NCBI GenBank assembly: GCA_964574415.1
Contig: CAZNNM010000005.1
Coordinates: 130,132-194,131, forward strand
Direction of reading: 5' to 3'
DNA length: 64,000 nt
Source of the DNA: an uncultured Rickettsiales bacterium
Lineage (GTDB): Bacteria > Pseudomonadota > Alphaproteobacteria > Rickettsiales > CAZNNM01
A program made the translations under genes and the position numbers. Shown here piece after piece: positions 28,685 to 38,876 of the stretch (position 1 is its first letter; each line of letters starts with the position of its first letter). The notes beneath the pieces are model-generated. The model worked only from the letters and a program-made list of their open reading frames with translations. It was not told the DNA's origin and ran no database searches.

Positions 28685-31426
28685 ATGGATGAGTTATTAA
28701 CCGATTTTCTAACTGAAACCGTTGAGGGACTCACCGTACTCGATTCCGAGCTTGTTCGCCTAGAGCAAGAACCAAACGACCCTACCATTCTTGGTAATAT
28801 CTTCCGTGTGATGCACACAATTAAAGGAACCTGTGGTTTCTTAGGCCTGCCACGCTTAGAGGCAGTAGCCCATGCTGGTGAGAATGTGCTGGGTAAAATC
28901 CGCGACGGCAAACTTAATGTCAGCCCCCATACTATTACCCTGATTCTTGAAGCCATCGACTGTATCAAAACCATTCTCAGCTACCTCGAAAACGAGGGCA
29001 AAGAGCCAGCGGGTGATGATGGCGAGCTGATTCAGCGCCTCAATGCCTGCGCAGAAGGCGAAGAGCCTGCACCTGTCGAAGCAGAGCCTATCATGGCAGC
29101 CCCAGCACCAGAGGCTATGGAAGGCGAATTACCCGCCGAACAATCCGCCGAAGAAGTAGCAGAAAGCCTGGCCATTTTTGATGAAATCCTGCATCAGAAT
29201 GATGATGTTACTCCAGAGCCTGCACCTGTTGAGGCCATCGCACCGGAGCCAGAGCCTCTCCCAGAGTCAGAACATCACGAATCCGCTCCGGCTCCTATGC
29301 CTGCGCCTATTGCCCATGCAACACCCTCCAGCGCAATTGTTGACCCCATCATGGAAGGCCTCAAAGCCAAAGCAGCTGAGCCTGGCAATAAAACCAGTCC
29401 GGTGAGCAACCAGACCATTCGTGTGAACCTGGAAGTACTCGAAAACCTGATGCAGATGGTGAGCGAATTAGTACTTACCCGTAACCAGCTCTTCCAAGTG
29501 CTGCGCACTAATCACAATGTAGATTTTGCCGCTCCATTACAACGCCTGAACCACATCACCTCTGAACTGCAAGAACGTGTGATGAAAACACGGATGCAGC
29601 CGATCAGCAATGCCTGGACACCTTTCCCGCGTTTGATCCGCGACCTTGCTCTCGAACTTAATAAAAAAATCGAACTCCGCCAAATCGGTGGTGACACAGA
29701 ACTTGACCGCCAACTCCTCGAAATGATCAAAGACCCGCTCACCCACATGGTGCGCAACTCTGCCGATCACGGCTTAGAAGGCCCTGAAGAGCGACGGAAT
29801 ACGGGCAAATCTGAAACGGGTACGGTTACGCTCAAAGCATATCACGAAGGCGGCTATATCATCGTTGAAATTTCTGATGACGGCCGTGGCTTGAACCCGC
29901 AAAGAATCATGCAAAAAGCCATCACCAATGGCTTAGCTACCGAACAAGAACTTGCCCAAATGAGCGAGCAGCAAATCTTGCAATTCATCTTCCGTGCAGG
30001 TTTCTCAACAGCGGAGAAAGTCACATCTGTATCCGGCCGCGGTGTTGGTATGGATGTGGTGAAAAACAATATTGAGAAAATCAGCGGCACGATTGAGCTG
30101 ATTTCCAAAGTCGGCAAAGGCTCCACCTTCCGCATCAAAATCCCTCTCACGCTGGCGATTATGCAGGTGCTGATTGTGGAAGCTGGTCAAAAACGTTTTG
30201 CTATTCCGCAAATCAACATCACCGAATTAGTCCGCTGTGGCAAAAACGGTGCGCATCAAATTGAATATATCAATGACCGCCCAATCCTGCGCTTACGTGG
30301 CAAATTATTACCACTGATCGCCCTGGTCGATGTGATGAAAATCAACCCCGACACGCCAAGCGACCCGAAATTTATCGCCGTATGTGAAGTAGGCGGATTC
30401 CAATATGGCGTCCTGGTTGACCGTGTATTTGATACCGAAGAGATTGTGGTCAAACCAACCTCCCCTGTCCTCAAACACCTGGATATTTATTCCGGCAGCA
30501 CCATCTTGGGTGATGGTAGCGTGATTATGATCCTCGATCCAAACGGCATGGCGCGTTGCACGGGTGAGGTCAATATGACCAATGATGCCAACAAAACCGC
30601 AACGCAGCATATTTCTGCTGATGATATCCCTATCCGCTTCCTGATTTTCAACGCAGGCGGCACAACACCAAAAGCCTTACCACTTGATCTGGTCTCCCGC
30701 TTAGAAGAGATTGATGTCAGCAAAATCGAATTCTCCGGCGATCAACGCGTCATCCAATACCGCAATAACCTCATGTACCTCACCGCCGTTGACCCAGATT
30801 ACATCTGGCCGGAAAGCGGTATGCAGCATGTTGTCGTATTCGTTGATAACAACAAGGTGATGGGTCTAGCAGTCAAAGAGATTGTCGATATCGTCGAACA
30901 CTCCATGAGCATCTCCAGCAAGCTTGAAAAGCCAGGTTTCTTAGGTAGCGTAGTGATTGAAAACCGCACCTGCGATTTGGTGGATATTGGCTATTTCTTC
31001 AAACAAACCTTCACCAGCACCGCTCTCGCCGATGACAGCATCAACAACGCACCGCGCGTATTATTTGTTGATGATAGCCCGTTCTTCCGCAAATTCATTC
31101 CACCCACATTGCAAGAAGCCGGCTATCGCGTCACCACCTTTGATAACGCCCGCGATGCACTCACTTATATGGAAAACGATAACCGCTTCAACGCCATCAT
31201 CACCGATATGAACATGCCTGGCATGGATGGTATGGAACTGGCACGGCAATGCCAGGATAATCAGCGTCTATCGCATATTCCTATTGTCGTATTATCGTCC
31301 CAAAACGCCGAAGAAATACAGCAATTCAGACGGGATGTAAGCGCAATCCAATCGCTTAAAGCCTATGTCTCAAAAACCAACCATACCCAATTGCTTGATA
31401 CTATCGCTGGGCTTATGGCGGAATAA
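28685..31426 (+). CDS. cheA: hybrid chemotaxis histidine kinase CheA (Hpt, dimerisation, HATPase, 2 CheW-like domains, C-terminal receiver)
   Basis: Hpt MHTIKGTCGFLG. HATPase DDGRGL and GRGVGMDVV. Two CheW-like segments (FAIPQINITELV..., IRFLIFNAGG...). REC RVLFVDDSPFF...ITDMNMPGMDG. Confidence 0.92.
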   Translation: MDELLTDFLTETVEGLTVLDSELVRLEQEPNDPTILGNIFRVMHTIKGTCGFLGLPRLEAVAHAGENVLGKIRDGKLNVSPHTITLILEAIDCIKTILSYLENEGKEPAGDDGELIQRLNACAEGEEPAPVEAEPIMAAPAPEAMEGELPAEQSAEEVAESLAIFDEILHQNDDVTPEPAPVEAIAPEPEPLPESEHHESAPAPMPAPIAHATPSSAIVDPIMEGLKAKAAEPGNKTSPVSNQTIRVNLEVLENLMQMVSELVLTRNQLFQVLRTNHNVDFAAPLQRLNHITSELQERVMKTRMQPISNAWTPFPRLIRDLALELNKKIELRQIGGDTELDRQLLEMIKDPLTHMVRNSADHGLEGPEERRNTGKSETGTVTLKAYHEGGYIIVEISDDGRGLNPQRIMQKAITNGLATEQELAQMSEQQILQFIFRAGFSTAEKVTSVSGRGVGMDVVKNNIEKISGTIELISKVGKGSTFRIKIPLTLAIMQVLIVEAGQKRFAIPQINITELVRCGKNGAHQIEYINDRPILRLRGKLLPLIALVDVMKINPDTPSDPKFIAVCEVGGFQYGVLVDRVFDTEEIVVKPTSPVLKHLDIYSGSTILGDGSVIMILDPNGMARCTGEVNMTNDANKTATQHISADDIPIRFLIFNAGGTTPKALPLDLVSRLEEIDVSKIEFSGDQRVIQYRNNLMYLTAVDPDYIWPESGMQHVVVFVDNNKVMGLAVKEIVDIVEHSMSISSKLEKPGFLGSVVIENRTCDLVDIGYFFKQTFTSTALADDSINNAPRVLFVDDSPFFRKFIPPTLQEAGYRVTTFDNARDALTYMENDNRFNAIITDMNMPGMDGMELARQCQDNQRLSHIPIVVLSSQNAEEIQQFRRDVSAIQSLKAYVSKTNHTQLLDTIAGLMAE

Positions 31427-31437
31427 CGGAGTTTTCT

Positions 31438-31932
31438 ATGTCGCATGATCTTGTACCCCATCAAGCCACCCATCTCTCAGACCCTCAAAACGCTGGGAAG
31501 ATGACGGAATTTATTACCATGTCGATCGATGGCCAATTATTTGGTATCTCAGTCTATCCGGTACAAGACGTGCTAGCAGCACAGAATGTTTCCTCCATTC
31601 CACTGGCTCCTCCTGAAGTGGCAGGCTCACTGAATTTACGTGGCCGGATTGTAACCGCTATTGATGTGCGCGTCCGCCTAGGGTTACCTCCACTGGATGA
31701 CCGCACCAACCGCAAAAGCATCGTTGTAGAGCATAAAGAAGAACTTTACAGCCTGTTAGTAGACAGCGTCGGTGATGTGCTAAACCTGCCGGTTAATAAG
31801 CTCAACCACACACCTGAGAACGTTTCCAACGCCTGGCAGGAAGTGGCTCTGGGTGTCTACCCACTTGATTCTAAATTACTGATTATACTTGATGTTGGAA
31901 AGTTGCTGCGCTTTGGTCCGAAGCTCGCATAG
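31438..31932 (+). CDS. cheW: chemotaxis coupling protein CheW
   Basis: 164 aa. FITMSIDGQLFGISVYPVQDVL ... NLRGRIVTAIDVR. Confidence 0.9.
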   Translation: MSHDLVPHQATHLSDPQNAGKMTEFITMSIDGQLFGISVYPVQDVLAAQNVSSIPLAPPEVAGSLNLRGRIVTAIDVRVRLGLPPLDDRTNRKSIVVEHKEELYSLLVDSVGDVLNLPVNKLNHTPENVSNAWQEVALGVYPLDSKLLIILDVGKLLRFGPKLA

Positions 31933-31944
31933 ATAGAGGCACCT

Positions 31945-32319
31945 ATGACACAAACCTGCCTAATCGTCGATGACTCCAAAGTAGTGCGCAAATTTGCACG
32001 CCGCATCATGGAAGAATTGAAATTTGATATCCGCGAAGCCGAGAATGGGGTAGAGGCGCTTAATGCCTGTAAAGAATTCTTCCCCGATGTGATTTTGCTG
32101 GATTGGAATATGCCCGTGATGGATGGACTCACCTGTTTAAAAGAACTCCGCGCTTTGCCTGGCTCTGAAAAAGTGCAGGTGATTTTCTGCACGACAGAGA
32201 ATGATATCAGCCGCATCCAAGATGCCGTCATCGCTGGCGCAAACGAATATATTATGAAACCCTTTGATACCGAAATCGTCAAAAGCAAACTGATCCAAAC
32301 AGGTTTGCTGCATGAGTAA
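31945..32319 (+). CDS. cheY: chemotaxis response regulator CheY
   Basis: Stand-alone REC domain: CLIVDDS, LLDWNMPVMDG, YIMKPF. Confidence 0.9.
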   Translation: MTQTCLIVDDSKVVRKFARRIMEELKFDIREAENGVEALNACKEFFPDVILLDWNMPVMDGLTCLKELRALPGSEKVQVIFCTTENDISRIQDAVIAGANEYIMKPFDTEIVKSKLIQTGLLHE

Positions 32320-32938
32320 CCCCACCCCTCCTCTCACATTGCGCGCGCTGCCAATGCTTTTTATGCCCAAAGTATTGGCTATAGGCTGCTCTACAGGCGG
32401 CCCACAAGCCGTTGTGTCGTTTTTAAAGGAAATCGACAAACGCCTTATGCATATCCCTATTTTCATCACCCAGCATATGCCACCCACACTCACCACACTG
32501 TTTGCCGATAATCTCCGCAAAGTCAGCAACCGCCCATGTGCTGAAGCCATAGATGGCGAAATCGCTAAACCTGGCCATATTTACCTGGCCCCAGGTGATT
32601 TCCACATGATTTGTGAAAAGAACGACAAAGACATCATCGTCCATTTAAGCAAAGCCCCACCGGAAAATTTTTGCCGCCCAGCGGTAGACCCGATGCTGCG
32701 CAGCCTTGCGCCTATTTACGGCAAACAGCTCCTCACCCTTATCCTCACCGGTATGGGCAAAGACGGGTTAGAGGGCGCCAAGGAGGTGTGCAACCATGGC
32801 GGAGTCGTTATCGCACAAGATGAAGCCAGTAGCGTCGTATGGGGTATGCCAGGTGCTGTAGCAACCGAAGGCATATGCAGCGCCGTATTGCCACTGAGTG
32901 AAATTGCAACCTATGTCAGCAGGATGTTCGGCGAATGA
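32312..32938 (+). CDS. cheB: chemotaxis methylesterase CheB, catalytic domain only (no receiver)
   Basis: AIGCSTGGPQAV, LTGMGKDG and VIAQDEASSVVWGMP. 208 aa, so no N-terminal REC domain. Confidence 0.85.
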   Translation: MSNPTPPLTLRALPMLFMPKVLAIGCSTGGPQAVVSFLKEIDKRLMHIPIFITQHMPPTLTTLFADNLRKVSNRPCAEAIDGEIAKPGHIYLAPGDFHMICEKNDKDIIVHLSKAPPENFCRPAVDPMLRSLAPIYGKQLLTLILTGMGKDGLEGAKEVCNHGGVVIAQDEASSVVWGMPGAVATEGICSAVLPLSEIATYVSRMFGE

Positions 32939-33744
32939 CTCTTTCTCCACAAGACATAGGTTTTCTCATCAATCTCGTCAAAACCCGTTCGGGGATTAGC
33001 TTGACGGAAGATAAACTCTATTTATTTGAATCACGCTTACTGCCCGTGGCCAAACAACACGGCATGAACGATATGCCCTCGCTCATTCAAAAACTGCGCG
33101 CTATGCCACCTGAAAAAATGCTCGTGGATGTCACCGAAGCGATGACCACCAATGAGTCTTTCTTCTTCCGTGATAATAAGCCATTTGATTACTTGCGCCA
33201 AACCGTCCTGCCTACTATCGCAAAACGCTCCCCTGGCGGCTCCTGCCGCATCTGGAGCGCCGCCTGCTCTACCGGACAAGAACCCTATTCCATTGCCATG
33301 TCCATCCTGGAAGAAACCGTTAAAGCCCCAGTCAATGCCTCTATCCTGGCCACTGACCTTGCCAATCATGTGCTTGAAAAGGCCAAAAGCGGTATCTACT
33401 CCCAATTTGAAGTACAACGCGGCGTGCCAATTACTTTACTGCTCAAATACTTCACCCAACAAGACACCCAATGGAAAATCAAAGATAATATCCGCCAGAT
33501 GGTCTCCTTTGATACCTGCAACCTGATGAATGACTTCAGCCATTTAGGCAAATTCGACATCATCTTCTGCCGCAACGTGCTGATCTATTTCGACGCCGAA
33601 ACCAAATCCAAAGTGTTGCAAAAAATGCAAAACTTACTCCATCCTGAGGGCATACTCTTCCTCGGCGGCTCCGAGAGCGTGTTTAACTTGAATACGAAGT
33701 TTAAAGCGATTGAGAACTGGCCAGGAACGTATCGGTTGGAATAA
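32935..33744 (+). CDS. cheR: chemotaxis methyltransferase CheR
   Basis: MTTNESFFFRD, RIWSAACSTGQEPYSIAM, IFCRNVLIYF. Confidence 0.9.
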   Translation: MTLSPQDIGFLINLVKTRSGISLTEDKLYLFESRLLPVAKQHGMNDMPSLIQKLRAMPPEKMLVDVTEAMTTNESFFFRDNKPFDYLRQTVLPTIAKRSPGGSCRIWSAACSTGQEPYSIAMSILEETVKAPVNASILATDLANHVLEKAKSGIYSQFEVQRGVPITLLLKYFTQQDTQWKIKDNIRQMVSFDTCNLMNDFSHLGKFDIIFCRNVLIYFDAETKSKVLQKMQNLLHPEGILFLGGSESVFNLNTKFKAIENWPGTYRLE

Positions 33745-33779
33745 AAAGGGCCACGAGAACCCTCGTGACCCTTCTTTTA
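33744..33779. terminator. hairpin between convergent cheR and groEL, probable bidirectional terminator
   Basis: aagggccacgag / ctcgtgaccctt stem with one mismatch, an A-run before and ttctttt after. Confidence 0.55.
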
Positions 33780-33805
33780 GCCTTATAAAGCGTATGAGAC
33801 TAGAC

Positions 33806-35485
<1,680 letters not shown>

Positions 35486-35512
35486 TTACATATAACATGA
35501 GTAGGGTGCAAA

Positions 35513-35818
35513 TTACGCAACCTTACCTTCTACGATTCCAATAATGTCAGATTCTTTCATAATTAACAGCTCTTTACCGTCAACTTTGATCTCTGTGCCA
35601 GCCCATTTGGTGAAGATAATAGTATCACCGGCTTTTACATCCAGAGGACGCACATTGCCCGCCTCATCACGCACACCGCTACCTACAGCAACGACTTTAC
35701 CTTGCACAGGCTTTTCTTTCGCTGTATCGGGGATGATGATACCACCAGCAGTTTTTTCTTCTTGTTCTGTGCGTTCAACTAACACACGGTCATGCAATGG
35801 TCTAATAGCCATGGACAT
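35513..35818 (-). CDS. groS: co-chaperonin GroES
   Basis: [42 protein letters not shown]. Confidence 0.97.
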   Translation of the reverse strand: MSMAIRPLHDRVLVERTEQEEKTAGGIIIPDTAKEKPVQGKVVAVGSGVRDEAGNVRPLDVKAGDTIIFTKWAGTEIKVDGKELLIMKESDIIGIVEGKVA

Positions 35819-35877
35819 TCTCCCTAATTTTCAATAGATTAATAAATTTCCTTCGGCGGATTCATCGCCTTACGCTA

Positions 35878-35909
35878 CCATATATAAGCCCTAGTTGTAG
35901 GGGTTTCAA
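35878..35909 (-). promoter_or_regulatory. RpoH (sigma-32)-type heat-shock promoter of groESL
   Basis: The minus strand reads CTTG-18 nt-CTTATATATG. This fits the alphaproteobacterial heat-shock consensus CTTG-N17/18-CYTATNTNNG, recalled from memory. Lies about 60 nt upstream of groES. Confidence 0.55.
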
Positions 35910-35951
35910 GGGGAAGCTGTGATTTTTTATATAATAATGGGAATGACCTCG

Positions 35952-36710
35952 TTATAACTTGCTACGCAGGCCGGCAATGGTTTTCTGGACTTTCTTCTGC
36001 CAGTCTTGACGATCATCAGCATCTGCTAGAGGATCATTATACTCCTGCACCCAGTCCTCCACCAAAGCGCTCCCTAACCACTTACGATTATAACCTATTG
36101 TCAAAGCCCTCTTTTGTAGCCGATGATCTTCCTCTTTCTCTAAAGCTTTACCAATAATCCTATCGTTATAATTAATATATGTATCCTTAATATCTCTCTC
36201 GATATCGAATATATCCGTTTTTATTTCCTTGGCTTTAAAAGGATTTAATTCTGCATAGTTAGTGAAGCAATGACTTACTACATTGAGCAACATGTTAACA
36301 TCCGTGTCTTTCGTATTGCACAATATTGCGATCAGTGCATCCTCAAGTTTCCTAGCTTCTTTTGATGGATCCTTACGTAATAAATCCAGCACACGATTCG
36401 CTTTATCCAGCGTTGCATTTACCTCTGCATCGATGGCGTGGTATTCAGAGAGTGCGTACAGACTTTGGGGTTCAGTGATGCGCACTTCATACTTCTCTAC
36501 TGTGGCGATGATTCCAAAAGATGACAAATATTCAGTTATATCTTTGGCTATCGCTGGAGACGTCGCTGAAAGCAAAACGAATGGTTTTTCTTCAAAAAAC
36601 GCTTCAATTTCCATATCCTTTGCCAAAGAAGGGGCATATGTCCCGAACAGCGAGGCTACGCCTTTACATGCTAATTCAAGGGATTGACTATTTGTAGAGG
36701 TATTTGGCAT
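35952..36710 (-). CDS. hypothetical protein (orphan, AT-rich gene)
   Basis: 252-aa ORF with Lys/Asp/Glu-rich helical composition. No motif recognised. Confidence 0.55.
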   Translation of the reverse strand: MPNTSTNSQSLELACKGVASLFGTYAPSLAKDMEIEAFFEEKPFVLLSATSPAIAKDITEYLSSFGIIATVEKYEVRITEPQSLYALSEYHAIDAEVNATLDKANRVLDLLRKDPSKEARKLEDALIAILCNTKDTDVNMLLNVVSHCFTNYAELNPFKAKEIKTDIFDIERDIKDTYINYNDRIIGKALEKEEDHRLQKRALTIGYNRKWLGSALVEDWVQEYNDPLADADDRQDWQKKVQKTIAGLRSKL

Positions 36711-36803
36711 GATACAATCCTATATAAATGAAGTTACAATAGACATAGTTTCATAAATTAGATACCCCATAGTCATTAAAATGTAAATACAACAGGAGAC
36801 CGT

Positions 36804-37469
36804 ATGCCCAAAATCGCTGTAATATTATCCGGCTGTGGCCACCAAGATGGCGCTGAAATCCGTGAATCCGTCATTGCCCTACTGGCATTAGACCGCGCAG
36901 GCGCTGAGGTGCAGATATTTGCACCCAATAGCAACCAACGCGATGTGATTAACCATATTACAGGCGAACCCATGCCAGAAACCCGCAATGTGCTGGTAGA
37001 AGCCGCCCGTATCGCCCGCGGCAAGATCAAAGACCTCAAAGAGGCCAAAGCCAGTGATTTTGATGGTTTAGTGCTGCCAGGGGGTTATGGCGCGGCCAAA
37101 AACCTCTCTGATGTCGCCATTAAAGGCAAAGATGCGATAGTACTCCCTGAATTAAGAGCGCTTATCCTGGATTTTGTAGCACAAAAGAAGCCCATCGGCG
37201 CCATCTGCATCGCCCCAGCCATCCTCACTGCCGCACTCAAAGGCACCATTCAAGCCAATGTCACCATCGGCGAAGACAATGATCTGATTATAGGATTAGG
37301 CGGCAAACATACCGTATGCGCCACCGAAAACGACGTCATCGACGATACCCACAACATCATCACCTGCTCCGCCTATATGCGCGATGATACATTATCGAAT
37401 GTAGCATCCGGTATTGAGAAAGTCGTGGCAGAGGTGGTAAAACGGGCGAAGGTGCGAAAGGCGGCGTAG
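36804..37469 (+). CDS. elbB: ElbB-like DJ-1/PfpI-family (class I glutamine amidotransferase-like) protein
   Basis: KIAVILSGCGHQDGAEIRESV ... FDGLVLPGGYGAAKNL ... GAICIAP. Confidence 0.8.
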   Translation: MPKIAVILSGCGHQDGAEIRESVIALLALDRAGAEVQIFAPNSNQRDVINHITGEPMPETRNVLVEAARIARGKIKDLKEAKASDFDGLVLPGGYGAAKNLSDVAIKGKDAIVLPELRALILDFVAQKKPIGAICIAPAILTAALKGTIQANVTIGEDNDLIIGLGGKHTVCATENDVIDDTHNIITCSAYMRDDTLSNVASGIEKVVAEVVKRAKVRKAA

Positions 37470-37478
37470 GTTGCCTTC

Positions 37479-38315
37479 TCATAAATGCTCAACTGGTGCT
37501 AAGAACGTTACGCGCTCCCGTAGTGCCTGAGCAATTTTACTACGGTGGCAATGGCATACATCCGCCTCAAAACACGTAATCGCAATACGTTGTTTGGTAG
37601 TCAGCATTGCTTCTAATAGATCAAGCTTTGCTTGTTGGTTTGGTAGTACAGTATGTGTATAATCTTTAAATAAAATCTCATAATCACTATCACTCTGTAA
37701 ATTTTGCCGTTTATCCGAAGCGATCCCTAGTTCGGGTATATGGTAATATTCAATGCCTACTTCTGGTAATAAACTCGCCAATTCGGATTTGGAGAATCCA
37801 AATTTTTTGCTGATGGGATTTTTGCGTACATCACACAGCGCTTTGACATCGTATTCTATGAGTGTATTGATATATTGCTCTTGGCTTAGCCCCTCATAAC
37901 CTATGGTGTAAAACACGGTATCATTACGTGTGAGTGAGGTATGCTTAGTATAGTAGGGGTAATGTGCTGTAATGCGCGATAGCAACTCATGTTGCGATGC
38001 TCCAGAGAGCTGACTCTTGATCTTCTGAATAGCCATTTTCTCGAAGAAATCCAGATCAACCGCATAACGTTTTCCATGTTCCACGGTTATCCAATCATTA
38101 CCCTCAGTACATAAATTCTTATGCGTCAAATAGCGCTTGTCCTCTTCCGCCTGCAAGGAACGTGGGCCAGAGTGGGTAGGAATAAAATGGTAGTAGTGGT
38201 TATGTTCTGAAAATTCGTAACAGAATAAGAACAGGTATAAGGGAAGTTTCTCGGCTTCCACCGCCCCACCCAACTCCTGTATTAATGCCAATAGTATCTT
38301 CATCCGGTAAATCAT
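37479..38315 (-). CDS. DUF488 domain protein with an unrecognised N-terminal domain of about 130 aa
   Basis: The C-terminal half, FYTIGYEGLSQEQYINTLIEYDVKALCDVRKNPISKKFGFSK...GIEYYHIPELG, fits DUF488. Confidence 0.65.
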   Translation of the reverse strand: MIYRMKILLALIQELGGAVEAEKLPLYLFLFCYEFSEHNHYYHFIPTHSGPRSLQAEEDKRYLTHKNLCTEGNDWITVEHGKRYAVDLDFFEKMAIQKIKSQLSGASQHELLSRITAHYPYYTKHTSLTRNDTVFYTIGYEGLSQEQYINTLIEYDVKALCDVRKNPISKKFGFSKSELASLLPEVGIEYYHIPELGIASDKRQNLQSDSDYEILFKDYTHTVLPNQQAKLDLLEAMLTTKQRIAITCFEADVCHCHRSKIAQALRERVTFLAPVEHL

Positions 38316-38375
38316 ATATACCCCCTATGTGACATCATATAGTGCGATTATAGTAGCCGGAAGTCAGAAAATAGA

Positions 38376-38876
38376 TTACTCCTTCGCGCCCAACACCGCC
38401 CTCCCCAAAGATTCCAAGGCAGTGCGTAGTGCTTCATCTTCTGTAGACGCAAGCAAATCAGCCAGCTTCGATTCTTGGGCTGTGGAGAGTTTGGCAGTGG
38501 GCTTCTCGCTGGATTCTTCTTCGGTGTAGGGATAGGGCTTCTGCATCAATTTAAAATACGCCACGGCAGGATAGCCGAAATAAGTGGCGATGCGTTCTTT
38601 CATGACGGGACCGAGATAGGAAATTTCGGTGGCAAATGCGCTGTCATAGACATCGATATAGAGAGTCCCATTATTCCGGCTTTCGCGTGGGAAGCTGAGT
38701 TTTTGGGGAGTACTGTATTGCGCGATCAGCTTGCCTACGATCTGCGGCCAATCGGTGATGATACGTTGCTCGGCAAAACCACGTTGTTTAAACGCAGGCT
38801 GTGTTACCTGCCAGAGCGAGGAACCTACTGCACGTGGGCCATAATAAGAATTTACGCCGCCTGTTTTTGTGTCCAT
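38376..38876 (-). CDS. DUF721 / DciA-like protein
   Basis: ITDWPQIVGKLIAQYSTPQKLSF...GTLYIDVYDSAFATEISYLGPVMKERI fits the DUF721 pattern. The start is uncertain (38876 or 38894). The 5' end overlaps the upstream glycosyltransferase stop. Confidence 0.55.
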   Translation of the reverse strand: MDTKTGGVNSYYGPRAVGSSLWQVTQPAFKQRGFAEQRIITDWPQIVGKLIAQYSTPQKLSFPRESRNNGTLYIDVYDSAFATEISYLGPVMKERIATYFGYPAVAYFKLMQKPYPYTEEESSEKPTAKLSTAQESKLADLLASTEDEALRTALESLGRAVLGAKE

